DNA of 44,914 bases from a virus, in UHGV virus genome UHGV-0253772; one strand, 5' to 3'. The first letter of the stretch is position 1. Every line of letters begins with the position of its first letter. Positions 10,691-18,563 of the stretch are shown here, piece by piece. Both the position numbers and the translations under genes were made by a program. The notes under the pieces were generated by a model, which saw only the letters and a program-made list of their open reading frames with translations, was not told where the DNA came from and did not search any database.

Positions 10691-10891
10691 TTATTCAGAG
10701 TCTGTAGCAGTCTCTTCTTTCTTAACTTCGAACTTTGCATCAACAGCATCAAGAAGTGCATCCATAGATGCCTCTTTAATATCAATACCTGTTGCTACAG
10801 ATAATCTGTCTGCAATTGCCATGATAGTGTTCTGCATAAATTCTAGCTTCTTATTAGCTTCATAAAGTTCTTTATAAACGGTCTCACTCAT
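10691..10891 (-). CDS. hypothetical small protein upstream of terL
   Basis: 66 aa ORF with ATG; too small to call a small terminase subunit. Confidence 0.4.
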   Translation of the reverse strand: MSETVYKELYEANKKLEFMQNTIMAIADRLSVATGIDIKEASMDALLDAVDAKFEVKKEETATDSE

Positions 10892-11016
10892 TATGTTTTC
10901 TCCAAATAATTAACCATGTTTCCCCTTAAAAAAGACGGTACAGAGACCGTCAAGGAGAAACCACAATGTACGTCAGAGACATACTGTATAAGTCTTCTTA
11001 TAAAGTATAACTCTGT

Positions 11017-11076
11017 AAAAAAGCCCTGTCTAAAAATACTCTTCGGTAGCGAAAGGAAGAATACTTATAGCAGGGC
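11017..11076 (-). terminator. putative rho-independent terminator ending the tRNA operon
   Basis: minus-strand hairpin GCCCUG...CAGGGC followed by a U6 run, just downstream of the last tRNA. Confidence 0.45.
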
Positions 11077-11113
11077 ATTATTATTATTTTAATTGAGAGA
11101 GAGTAAAATAACT

Positions 11114-11189
11114 TGGAGAATCCGAAGGGACTCGAACCCTTATAAACCTGTTTTGCAGACAGGCACATAGCCATTTCTGTCACGGATTC
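11114..11189 (-). tRNA. tRNA-Cys (anticodon GCA)
   Basis: manual cloverleaf: 7 bp acceptor, T-loop GGTTCGAGTCC, anticodon loop cuGCAaa, CCA encoded. Confidence 0.65.
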
Positions 11190-11193
11190 AAAT

Positions 11194-11286
11194 TGGAGGA
11201 AGATACCAGACTTGAACTGGTACACCGATTTCTCAGTTACTGGCAGTTTAGCAAACTGCTCCCTTACCTTTTAGGGTTAATCTTCC
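11194..11286 (-). tRNA. tRNA-Ser (anticodon GCU), long variable arm
   Basis: 93 nt, T-loop GTTCAAGTC, anticodon loop ttGCTaa, long extra arm. Confidence 0.6.
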
Positions 11287-11287
11287 A

Positions 11288-12022
11288 TTATTTCTGTAAT
11301 GCGTTCTTCATTTCTGGTGTTGCAATAGTGTCAATCACACCAGTTTTACAAGCATCGTCAAACCAGTCTGGTAAGATACCTGCTAAGAACCCATTGATAT
11401 TCGTTTTAAGGTACTCTGCAATAAGGGCAGCTTCTTCTTCAATCATCTGCACAACTTCATCTGCATAAGCTGTAATCTTCGAAATACCTTCATTAATCTT
11501 ACTAACAGCTTGGTTAGCTAAATCAGAAATAGTATCAAGACCTTTGTCAATAGCATCTTGTAAGTCACTTAATACATCATTAACACCGTCTAGTGCACTG
11601 TTAATCATATCAATAGCTTTTTGACCATACTCTGTAGCAACACCCATAATACCACTAAATGGTGTACAACCGACTTGTTCACCTGCTGCACCCATAACAT
11701 TAGAATAACCTTTTGCTACCTGCATACGTGATGAAAACTCATCAATGGACTTTTGACCGTAATCCGTCAGCGTTTTGGTAGTTGATGTAGTACTTGTCAG
11801 ACTCGTTGTAAAGCTGTTAAGCAGAACTGTTGTAAGTCCAGCAGCAACAAGTTTATCCTTTATTGTAGGGTCTGTTACAGAGCTAATAGAGCTTACAAGT
11901 GATGTAGAGGCAGCTACGGTTCCACCGAGAACTGCTGCACCAGTAATAAGGGGATTAGAAAACCCTCTACCGGTTTTTAAGAGATTAAAAATCTCCTTAC
12001 CTTGTTCTGTCATCTCTTTCAT
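11288..12022 (-). CDS. hypothetical protein with N-terminal hydrophobic segment and helical C-terminal region
   Basis: ORF-track start at 12085 would overlap a tRNA; internal ATG at 12022 taken as start (244 aa). Confidence 0.5.
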   Translation of the reverse strand: MKEMTEQGKEIFNLLKTGRGFSNPLITGAAVLGGTVAASTSLVSSISSVTDPTIKDKLVAAGLTTVLLNSFTTSLTSTTSTTKTLTDYGQKSIDEFSSRMQVAKGYSNVMGAAGEQVGCTPFSGIMGVATEYGQKAIDMINSALDGVNDVLSDLQDAIDKGLDTISDLANQAVSKINEGISKITAYADEVVQMIEEEAALIAEYLKTNINGFLAGILPDWFDDACKTGVIDTIATPEMKNALQK

Positions 12023-12038
12023 TAAGCACCTTTGAAAT

Positions 12039-12115
12039 TGGTAGTCCAGTGGGATTTGAACCCTCTTCTCATGTTTTTCAGACACGCGCTTTAACCATAT
12101 AAGCTACTTGGACTA
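12039..12115 (-). tRNA. tRNA-Phe (anticodon GAA)
   Basis: T-loop GGTTCAAATCC, anticodon loop ctGAAaa; D-arm and acceptor pairing imperfect in manual fold. Confidence 0.5.
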
Positions 12116-12120
12116 TAAAT

Positions 12121-12196
12121 TGGGGTGACCTACGGGATTTGAACCCGTATAGACCATGTTCACAGCATGGGTCATTACCATTTATGATAAGGCCAC
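12121..12196 (-). tRNA. tRNA-His (anticodon GUG)
   Basis: acceptor 7 bp with one G-U, anticodon stem ccatg/catgg, loop ctGTGaa. Confidence 0.6.
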
Positions 12197-12227
12197 ATTT
12201 AAGGACTCTCGTAAGAACCCTTAGAAG

Positions 12228-12303
12228 TGGCAGCGGCATAAGGATTTGAACCTTAATAAGACAGCTTCAGAGACTGCTGCATTGCCAGTTATGCTATACC
12301 GCT
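12228..12303 (-). tRNA. tRNA-Gln (anticodon CUG)
   Basis: anticodon stem with two G-U pairs, loop ctCTGaa, T-loop TTCAAAT. Confidence 0.5.
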
Positions 12304-12308
12304 AAATT

Positions 12309-12388
12309 TGGTACTCCATATCGGATTCGAACCGATACATAACACAGATTTTAAGTCTGGCCTCTCTGCCAATTGGAGTAATGGAGCA
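12309..12388 (-). tRNA. tRNA-Leu (anticodon UAA), atypical short variable arm
   Basis: D-loop CAATTGGCAGA of type-II style, anticodon loop ctTAAaa, discriminator A, but only about 7 nt variable region; boundaries uncertain. Confidence 0.45.
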
Positions 12389-12389
12389 T

Positions 12390-12465
12390 TGGCGGGGGAT
12401 GTTGGAATTGAACCAACTTCTTCGATTTCAAAGACCGAGGTTTTAACCTTGTAAACTAATCCCCT
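12390..12465 (-). tRNA. tRNA-Gln (anticodon UUG)
   Basis: T-arm gttgg-TTCAATT-ccaac, anticodon stem tcggt/atcga, loop ctTTGaa. Confidence 0.6.
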
Positions 12466-12473
12466 TTAAATCT

Positions 12474-13031
12474 TTACTTTCTTAGTGGATGAATAAAGAA
12501 TGCCAACATAACTCTTTCCCTTGAGAATGCTCTTTCTTCTGGGACAACACTTTTTAGCTTCCACCCAATATAAATTCTCCAGTAAAACTGTTTACCAAAG
12601 ACTTTAATTGATGGGATAAAAGCGAATAATCCCCAAGCATTGCTGTTCCACATTAGGAGATAACCTGTCTGATTATCTTCAGGGTTAGAACTTACGTTGA
12701 TATTACCTTTCCACTTAGTAACATCTTTTACATCTCTTCCTAACACATGGTAAGAGAAGTTATAAGCTTTGTTTCTCCAGAGCCAACCAACTCTCTGCAT
12801 ATAGACACCAAGCTTACCAATCTTTCTAATCTTAGCCCATCGTTCGATATGACCTTCATCACCATCAATTGGGTTGTCATAAGTTTCCATCCATCTGAAC
12901 CCGAAAGGTAAGTGTCCTTTCTTCTCACTGTAGAATGGAACTACAAAAGGTGCTAAGATAACTGCTAAGATTGCTGCAAATGGCTCTAATAAAGCTAAGA
13001 AAATCCATGAAGCATACTTCAAATATCTCAT
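12474..13031 (-). CDS. hypothetical membrane protein
   Basis: 185 aa, N-terminal hydrophobic helices, W/Y-rich; ATG start. Confidence 0.5.
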   Translation of the reverse strand: MRYLKYASWIFLALLEPFAAILAVILAPFVVPFYSEKKGHLPFGFRWMETYDNPIDGDEGHIERWAKIRKIGKLGVYMQRVGWLWRNKAYNFSYHVLGRDVKDVTKWKGNINVSSNPEDNQTGYLLMWNSNAWGLFAFIPSIKVFGKQFYWRIYIGWKLKSVVPEERAFSRERVMLAFFIHPLRK

Positions 13032-13270
13032 TGTCTAATCCTAGTAAGGAGGTAAACATTATTATCTGTTTCTGAGTTTTCTGGTAAAGCTGTCTCAAAA
13101 TTGACGCTTTTAAATTGTCTCCCACCAAAGTAATGACCAATAAATTTTTGTACTTTTATTGGGTCACATTCCCAGCCGACTTTCAAGAAAATGTGGGTAT
13201 CTATAGTGGGAACCCTTACAAACTCAATACTATTGGAATTTTCATGTTCAACGACGATTAATGTTTGCAT
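13028..13270 (-). CDS. hypothetical protein
   Basis: 80 aa ORF, ATG start, overlaps downstream gene start by 4 nt. Confidence 0.45.
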   Translation of the reverse strand: MQTLIVVEHENSNSIEFVRVPTIDTHIFLKVGWECDPIKVQKFIGHYFGGRQFKSVNFETALPENSETDNNVYLLTRIRQ

Positions 13271-13288
13271 AAATCTCTCTTATTTATC

Positions 13289-13364
13289 TGGCGCAGGATA
13301 AGGGACTTGAACCCCTATTAACAGCTTCGTAGACTGTTGCTCTATCCATTTGAACTAATCCTGC
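13289..13364 (-). tRNA. tRNA-Arg (anticodon ACG)
   Basis: clean cloverleaf: acceptor gcaggat/atcctgc, anticodon stem acagt/gctgt, loop ctACGaa. Confidence 0.65.
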
Positions 13365-13479
13365 TTACCTACGAGAACACCATACAGTTTTTCACAAACT
13401 TTGCTTTTACGTCTGTTTAGATATGACGCTCTAAACTTTTTTTGCAATTGACTTATTACTCATAGTGTTCTCCTAAAAT

Positions 13480-13557
13480 TGGTGTTCCAAGACGGATTCG
13501 AACCGTCACTAGTACAAGGTTTGAGCTTGCATCCTCTGCCAATTGGGATACTGGAAC
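13480..13557 (-). tRNA. tRNA-Leu (anticodon CAA), atypical short variable arm
   Basis: D-loop CAATTGGCAGA, anticodon stem gcaag/cttgt, loop ctCAAac, discriminator A, about 6 nt variable region. Confidence 0.5.
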
Positions 13558-13558
13558 A

Positions 13559-13633
13559 TGGTACTCACTAAAGGACTTGAACCTTTTTCTTCATCTTGTA
13601 AGGGTGATGTTTTACCATATAAACTAAGCGAGT
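13559..13633 (-). tRNA. tRNA-Val (anticodon UAC)
   Basis: T-arm aaagg-TTCAAGT-ccttt, anticodon loop ctTACaa, one mismatch in anticodon stem. Confidence 0.5.
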
Positions 13634-13729
13634 GTGAAAGAGGTCTGAAGTTGTGCCACTAACTCAACTCCGTGGAATTTGTTACGGTCTTCAGTTGACT
13701 CAAAGTGGTCTTTCACTTGACCTCTGAAT

Positions 13730-13805
13730 TGGTGCTCCCACAAGGATTCGAACCCTGATAAGTTGCTTACAAGGCAACCGTAATAGCCAATTATACGATA
13801 GGAGC
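13730..13805 (-). tRNA. tRNA-Thr (anticodon UGU)
   Basis: anticodon stem gttgc/gcaac perfect, loop ctTGTaa, T-loop TTCGAAT. Confidence 0.65.
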
Positions 13806-13812
13806 ATTAATT

Positions 13813-13887
13813 TGGAGCATCCAGAGGGAATCGAACCCTCAACCTCAGTTTGGAAGACTGTAATTTTCCCGTTTAAACTATGGATGC
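13813..13887 (-). tRNA. tRNA-Gly (anticodon UCC)
   Basis: acceptor gcatcca/tggatgc, T-arm gaggg-TTCGATT-ccctc, loop ctTCCaa. Confidence 0.6.
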
Positions 13888-13893
13888 ACTAAT

Positions 13894-13969
13894 TGGTGGA
13901 GTCACTGAGAATTGAACTCAGTTCCCAAGTTTGCAAAACTCGAATTTTAACCATATAAACTATGACCCC
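13894..13969 (-). tRNA. tRNA-Ala (anticodon UGC)
   Basis: acceptor with G3-U70 pair typical of Ala identity, anticodon loop ttTGCaa. Confidence 0.6.
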
Positions 13970-13974
13970 AATTT

Positions 13975-14050
13975 TGGTACAGGTGGAGGGAATTGAACCC
14001 ATCGTCTTACTGATTAAGAGTCAGCCGCATAACCATTTTGCTACACCTGC
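13975..14050 (-). tRNA. tRNA-Lys (anticodon CUU)
   Basis: anticodon stem gctga/tcagt, loop ctCTTaa; T-stem only 3 clean pairs. Confidence 0.5.
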
Positions 14051-14057
14051 ATTAATT

Positions 14058-14134
14058 TGGTACACCTAGAGAGATTCGAACTCACACTGAGCAGATTCTA
14101 AGTCTGCTGCCTCTACCAATTGGGCTATAGGTGC
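14058..14134 (-). tRNA. tRNA-Leu (anticodon UAG), atypical short variable arm
   Basis: D-loop CAATTGGTAGA, anticodon stem gcaga/tctgc perfect, loop ctTAGaa, discriminator A, 5 nt variable region. Confidence 0.55.
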
Positions 14135-14377
14135 ATTAAATCTTTTTAGAGAACTTCTAAGAACCTAAGCAACAAGGTTCCACAACAAGCTGTAATAACC
14201 TTAGAAGCCCTCTAAAAAGACCTAATTTGGTCTTTGCATAGTCTTGTTTAATCCGGTGACTAGAACCTTTGGAGAGCTTGATATTATCTCTTCTCCGTGA
14301 CACCTACTAGGTGCTTTACTGTGCGTGTACGACAATACACGAGGGATAAACCGAAAATGCGAGCAAGCATGGACGGA

Positions 14378-14719
14378 TTAAATCTTTAAGCTAAGTTCAG
14401 TCTTAGACTTGACATCTTTAGCTTTGTAGATGACAACTTTATCAAGTGGTTCAATGTAAACAGCTAAGTAATCAACTTGAGAGTTATCAAAATTCATTAT
14501 TCTATTTTCATTCTTGTTAGAACGAACTCTTTTCAGTTGCACTCTCCAAAGTTCACCTCTTTTGACTGATGTTGATTTTACCTCAACAGTCTCAATCAAG
14601 CCATCTTTGTGGACTAGAAAGTCATACTTTGCATTATCTGTAGCTGGTGAATACACTTCATAACCTCTTTTGAGGAAAGCTAATTGTGTAGCAATTTCAC
14701 CTACTGAACCTTTCTTCAT
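14378..14719 (-). CDS. Hjc-like PD-(D/E)xK nuclease (Holliday-junction-resolvase-like fold)
   Basis: motif order GSxGE ... YDFLV ... IETVEVKS matches the E-D-ExK signature of Hjc-type nucleases; ATG at 14719 with AAGGTGA upstream; the ORF-track start at 14728 is a GTG. Confidence 0.45.
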   Translation of the reverse strand: MKKGSVGEIATQLAFLKRGYEVYSPATDNAKYDFLVHKDGLIETVEVKSTSVKRGELWRVQLKRVRSNKNENRIMNFDNSQVDYLAVYIEPLDKVVIYKAKDVKSKTELSLKI

Positions 14720-14740
14720 AATCATCACCTTAAATTATTT

Positions 14741-14827
14741 TGGCAGAGAGTGCAGGAGTTGAACCCGTACCGTTTCCAGCAGCACCAGTTTTCAAGGCTG
14801 GTTGGTCTCCGTTGACCGCCACTCTCT
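14741..14827 (-). tRNA. tRNA-Ser (anticodon UGA), long variable arm
   Basis: 87 nt, perfect 7 bp acceptor agagagt/actctct, loop ctTGAaa, extra arm present. Confidence 0.6.
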
Positions 14828-14831
14828 CCGA

Positions 14832-14902
14832 AACAATCTTTGGCAGGGGTGTAGAGATTCGAACTCTAATCAAGAATTTTGGAGACTCTATTGCTGCCAT
14901 AG
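14832..14902 (-). tRNA. tRNA-Trp (anticodon CCA)
   Basis: acceptor aggggtg/cacccct, T-arm tagag-TTCGAAT-ctcta, loop ctCCAaa. Confidence 0.6.
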
Positions 14903-15050
14903 CTCACCCCTATTAAAACTACAATTCGAAGCTTACCGTATTATCTCAACACTGTAAAGCCCCTTCTCAGATTATTTACATGTTCTGGAAAACATGAGAT
15001 ACAGACCACCTCCCTACAGGAAGACCCGCTTAGGTCGTCTAAGTAATCTG

Positions 15051-15127
15051 CTAACTAATTGGCACACCCTACAGGATTCGAACCTGTAACTAACGATTTA
15101 GAAGACCGTTGCTCTATCCAATTGAAC
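15051..15127 (-). tRNA. tRNA-Arg (anticodon UCU)
   Basis: T-arm acagg-TTCGAAT-cctgt perfect, anticodon loop ctTCTaa. Confidence 0.6.
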
Positions 15128-15473
15128 TAAGGGTGCATTAATCTTTAAAGACTCTCTTAGAAAGCCCTTAAAGATGCCCACCTTATTAATCATACCGTGG
15201 GCTAGTACGCCAAATTCTTTGATGAGGGATTGGAATACCTCACTGGTGTTTAGCCTATCAAGCTACTGCCAGAAAAACATTGTCGTTTGCATTTATTTTA
15301 AATTTGCAAAATAGACGCTACGCAACGAAAACTATTCAGAATATGTACAACAAATTTCCCCACATTGTGTTACGTCTAACGCTCATGTATTGGTGTTTGA
15401 ATTATACATATTATGAATTATTTTTAGTTACTATAAAGTAGTCACATCTTAATGTCAACAACTTTATTGAAAT

Positions 15474-15549
15474 TGGTACTGGTAGGTGGAATCGAACCAC
15501 CGATGTTCCCTTATCAGGGGAGTGTTATAACCTTCTTAACTATACCAGC
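15474..15549 (-). tRNA. tRNA-Ile (anticodon GAU)
   Basis: T-arm ggtgg-TTCGATT-ccacc, anticodon loop ctGATaa. Confidence 0.6.
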
Positions 15550-15550
15550 T

Positions 15551-15627
15551 TGGAGGTTCAGATGGGAATCGAACCCACATTCATAGGGCTTATGAAACCC
15601 CTGCATTACCTTATCTGCGACTGAACC
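15551..15627 (-). tRNA. tRNA-Met (anticodon CAU)
   Basis: anticodon stem with three consecutive G-C pairs, loop ttCATaa; cannot distinguish initiator, elongator or Ile2 by eye. Confidence 0.55.
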
Positions 15628-15705
15628 ATAATAAGTACCCTAGTTAGAGAAACTGTTGAGTGGGTGTTTCCAGCCGCGCAGGTGTTTCTCAGTTAAGGGT
15701 GAATT

Positions 15706-15781
15706 TGGTAGAAGTGGAGGGATTCGAACCCATCGCCTGTCAGATTAAAAGTCTGCCGCATCACCATTCTGCTACACTTCC
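15706..15781 (-). tRNA. tRNA-Lys (anticodon UUU)
   Basis: T-arm similar to the Lys(CUU) gene, anticodon loop ctTTTaa. Confidence 0.55.
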
Positions 15782-16239
15782 ATTAAATTATCTTTGTAGA
15801 TAAGCTACCCAGACTTGCTTAAGGTCTGTAGCGATGTGCCTTTTTGGGTTTAAATCTAGAATTTACCCTTTCACCCTTTGTGGTCGCATACTCACAGGTA
15901 AGCTTAATAACTTATCTACAAAGATAATTACCAGACCGTTGTTTATCATCTTAAGTGCTACCATTACACCAACTCGACATCTGCCGAGTGAAGGAATCGA
16001 ACCTTCGCCTTTTCTTTACCGGAGAAATAGATTGTTTAAGTTTTGCTGTAAACGGTCTTCTGTAAATTTGTTGAGCCAGACCAAGTTTTAAATTTTTTCA
16101 AAATTAAATTGGCTTGAAAATATCATACGTACTTGCTGAATTTGGTCTTCTGCTCCTTTAAAGAATACTCGTAAGAACTCTTTAAGGGAGGGGCTAAATA
16201 GCCCTCTCAAAACATCATTTTGAAATACTTATTATAATT

Positions 16240-16316
16240 TGGCGGCTACGATGAGACTTGAACTCACATCATCTCCCGTGACAGGGGAGTATTTTCTCCA
16301 GTTAAACTACATAGCC
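16240..16316 (-). tRNA. tRNA-Asp (anticodon GUC)
   Basis: anticodon stem ctccc/gggag perfect, loop ctGTCac. Confidence 0.6.
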
Positions 16317-16321
16317 TCTAT

Positions 16322-16409
16322 TGGTGTGCCGTGTAGGAGTCGAACCTACCGAGTCTCAATGACAAGGGATTTACAGTCCCCACCGCTACCATCTACGGGA
16401 TAACGACAC
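16322..16409 (-). tRNA. tRNA-Tyr (anticodon GUA), long variable arm
   Basis: 88 nt, T-arm gtagg-TTCGACT-cctac, loop ctGTAaa, extra arm. Confidence 0.6.
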
Positions 16410-16418
16410 ATTTTAATT

Positions 16419-16495
16419 TGGCGGTTAGTCAGGGATTCGAACCCTGTGCCATTCGCTTAACAGGCGACCGCACATACCTTATGTGCTTCCTAACC
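16419..16495 (-). tRNA. tRNA-Asn (anticodon GUU)
   Basis: T-arm caggg-TTCGAAT-ccctg, D-stem gcac/gtgc, loop ctGTTaa. Confidence 0.6.
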
Positions 16496-16571
16496 TTAAT
16501 ACATTACCAGACCGTGTTTTTCTTTTATCCGCAAAAAGTAGTTTGTTGCTGAATACGGTCTTCTGTAAAAT

Positions 16572-16648
16572 TGGAGGCGGGTGCAGGAGTCGAACCTGCC
16601 GATACCATGCTAATGAGACATGTGAGACGCCCTTTCTCTATACCCGCA
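16572..16648 (-). tRNA. tRNA-Met (anticodon CAU), second copy
   Basis: T-arm gcagg-TTCGACT-cctgc, anticodon stem catgt/gcatg, loop ctCATta; acceptor boundaries uncertain. Confidence 0.45.
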
Positions 16649-16739
16649 ATTCTTAATGACCAGACCAAATCTCTTCTTTGTCCGATTTACCTTCAGATGA
16701 ATAAGATTAAGTTTGCTGTAATTGGTCTTCTGTCAAAAC

Positions 16740-16817
16740 TGGCGTTCCAGAAGGGATTTGAACCCTCAGATATCCACTTTGAAAGAGTGGTGACTTTACC
16801 ATTTTGTCTACTGGAAC
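16740..16817 (-). tRNA. tRNA-Glu (anticodon UUC)
   Basis: acceptor gttccag/ctggaac, anticodon stem ccact/agtgg perfect, loop ctTTCaa. Confidence 0.6.
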
Positions 16818-16824
16818 ATTAATT

Positions 16825-16901
16825 TGGTCTCTGTTGGAGGACTTGAACCTCCGGCCTTACCGCCCCAAACGGAACGCTCTACCAAGCTGAGCTAAACAGA
16901 G
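16825..16901 (-). tRNA. tRNA-Pro (anticodon UGG)
   Basis: acceptor ctctgtt/aacagag, T-arm ggagg-TTCAAGT-cctcc, loop ttTGGgg. Confidence 0.55.
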
Positions 16902-16927
16902 ATAAACTTTTCAAACTCTATGTAAAC

Positions 16928-16957
16928 ACTTTAACATTATTTTTTAGTGGTTGTCAA
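16928..16957 (-). promoter_or_regulatory. sigma70-like promoter for the tRNA operon
   Basis: minus strand reads TTGACA, 18 nt spacer, TAAAGT, about 25 nt upstream of the first tRNA 5' end. Confidence 0.45.
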
Positions 16958-17027
16958 GAACTTTTTTAAAATATTTTTCAGTATCTTAGAAAAGCTCTCA
17001 TTTCGTTTCTATGTAGAACATATTAAA

Positions 17028-17053
17028 GGGTATCAAACACATTGTCAATACCC
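17028..17053 (-). terminator. hairpin downstream of the vWA-protein gene (possible terminator)
   Basis: perfect inverted repeat GGGTAT...ATACCC with U/A-rich flanks on both strands. Confidence 0.35.
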
Positions 17054-17066
17054 TTTTAAAACTTTT

Positions 17067-18482
17067 TTACCAGATGTAACGGTCAAGCATTACTGCTTTG
17101 AGCATTACGCTGATTGGGTCAAACTTCTCACCACCAAGCAGAGCTTTTAAAGTGGCTGGAGAGAACCCTGATACCATTGCTACACCATTATCCTTAACAG
17201 ATACTTCGCAAGTACCATTACGGTTTGCTAAGTACCAGAATACTAGTTGTGGCATTTCGTATCCAGCTTTTTTGTACTTACTCTGAATTGCTTCAAAGTT
17301 TGTACGACCATTTGCACCATCAACCTGATTAAACTCCATATCAGAGAAGATAATAAGCTTACTTGGCATATCTTTCTGAGTCAAGTTGTTTCTCTTACCT
17401 GTTTCAAGAATGCGGTCAAAAGCTGCTTGTAAGTTAGTTGAGCCATATTCAACGTGTCGCATCACCTGACGATGACGGTTTCGTAAATCACCACTCAGTT
17501 CGATGAAGTGAGGGTTTGTTGAATAAACCATTAACTCATTCTTAAAGCAACCTGTATTGCGTTCTGCTACATACAAGGCAAGTGATACACCAATATCCAG
17601 AGCAGTAATGGAGCCAAAATTCACCCAAGACATTGAACTTGATACATCAGACATACACAAGATGTTTTCACCTTCTGCCATCCAGTTTGGTAGTGCTTTC
17701 CACTGCTCATTAGCAACATCTGCATTACCATACTTGACAGATTTAATCACATCGTATGGGTAAACAGCACCAGCGTTAATCTTAGTCTCACCTTTTGATA
17801 AGGACTCGATGTAAGCTTTGTAACGCTCTCCATCTTTACGGTTAAACAGTTTTTGGTAACGTGCAGCAGCAAGTGAAGGAATCTTACTGTAGTCAATCTT
17901 ACCAAACTCATTAGCAGAGATTTTTTGCTCAACTGTATCAGATAGTGCAGACAACAGTGTGCGGTACTCTTTCTCACTCAAGTTGGCAAACTTGCAGAAA
18001 CGTTTTACAAACTGCTTATGACGTGGTTTGACTCGTGGCAACCACTTAGCCGCCAAACCTGCTGTTGCAGGGTCTAGTAATGCTGCTTCTAAATGTTTGA
18101 AGGCATCTGTCTCGAAACGAGTACCTACGAAGATTTTGAAGTCATCAAAACGACCAAGTTCTGCAATCTTATCCATAATGCGAAGAACCTGCGTAGACTC
18201 TAAAACTTTGTCTTCAATTGCTTGAAGCAAAACAGTTCTGAAGGCTTTACGCTCACCCATACCTTCTCGTACATCTCGCATATGAAGCAAAATACGAACT
18301 GCAACATCAACATCCTCACGCAAAGCTTTGTAGAACAGGTCTGGTAAGATTTCTACGTTGCTACGGCTTGAACCAGCAGCTTTGTAAAAGTCTACAAGAG
18401 CAGACATTGATGAAGTATGGTTTACAGCACCATTTTCAGTTCGACCTGCATGAAGGTGCGCATGTTTAAATAATTCGCTCAT
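17067..18482 (-). CDS. vWA-domain protein with N-terminal helical TROVE/DUF2828-like domain (Ro60-like architecture)
   Basis: 471 aa; MIDAS-type DxSxS motif (SDVSSSMS) at the start of a C-terminal vWA-like region; N-terminal 270 aa helical; family assignment from memory of domain architecture, not from a search. Confidence 0.4.
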   Translation of the reverse strand: MSELFKHAHLHAGRTENGAVNHTSSMSALVDFYKAAGSSRSNVEILPDLFYKALREDVDVAVRILLHMRDVREGMGERKAFRTVLLQAIEDKVLESTQVLRIMDKIAELGRFDDFKIFVGTRFETDAFKHLEAALLDPATAGLAAKWLPRVKPRHKQFVKRFCKFANLSEKEYRTLLSALSDTVEQKISANEFGKIDYSKIPSLAAARYQKLFNRKDGERYKAYIESLSKGETKINAGAVYPYDVIKSVKYGNADVANEQWKALPNWMAEGENILCMSDVSSSMSWVNFGSITALDIGVSLALYVAERNTGCFKNELMVYSTNPHFIELSGDLRNRHRQVMRHVEYGSTNLQAAFDRILETGKRNNLTQKDMPSKLIIFSDMEFNQVDGANGRTNFEAIQSKYKKAGYEMPQLVFWYLANRNGTCEVSVKDNGVAMVSGFSPATLKALLGGEKFDPISVMLKAVMLDRYIW

Positions 18483-18563
18483 ATTTTACTCTCTTCTCTC
18501 ATTTGTTTGTTGATGTGACAGACTTTAGAGCAACTTTGTAGAGTCTGTCAACACCTTTTAAGA

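Noticed and set aside
10998-11468. ORFs 10998-11225 and 11193-11468 spanning the terminator and tRNA-Cys/tRNA-Ser
   Set aside because: They overlap tRNA genes and a terminator hairpin; the translations are low-complexity.
12023-12085. N-terminal extension of ORF 11288-12085
   Set aside because: The extension overlaps the 3' end of tRNA-Phe; the internal ATG at 12022 gives a non-overlapping gene.
12925-13140. 71 aa minus-strand ORF overlapping two neighbouring genes
   Set aside because: Out-of-frame overlap with 12474-13031 and 13028-13270, both of which have ATG starts and operon context.
15834-16822. Plus-strand ORFs 15834-16091 and 16571-16822 inside the tRNA cluster
   Set aside because: Both read through the antisense of tRNA genes and spacer hairpins; no RBS.
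17098-18225. Short plus-strand ORFs inside the vWA-protein gene (17098-17286, 17247-17432, 17557-17763, 18028-18225)
   Set aside because: Antisense to a long well-formed ORF; no RBS.
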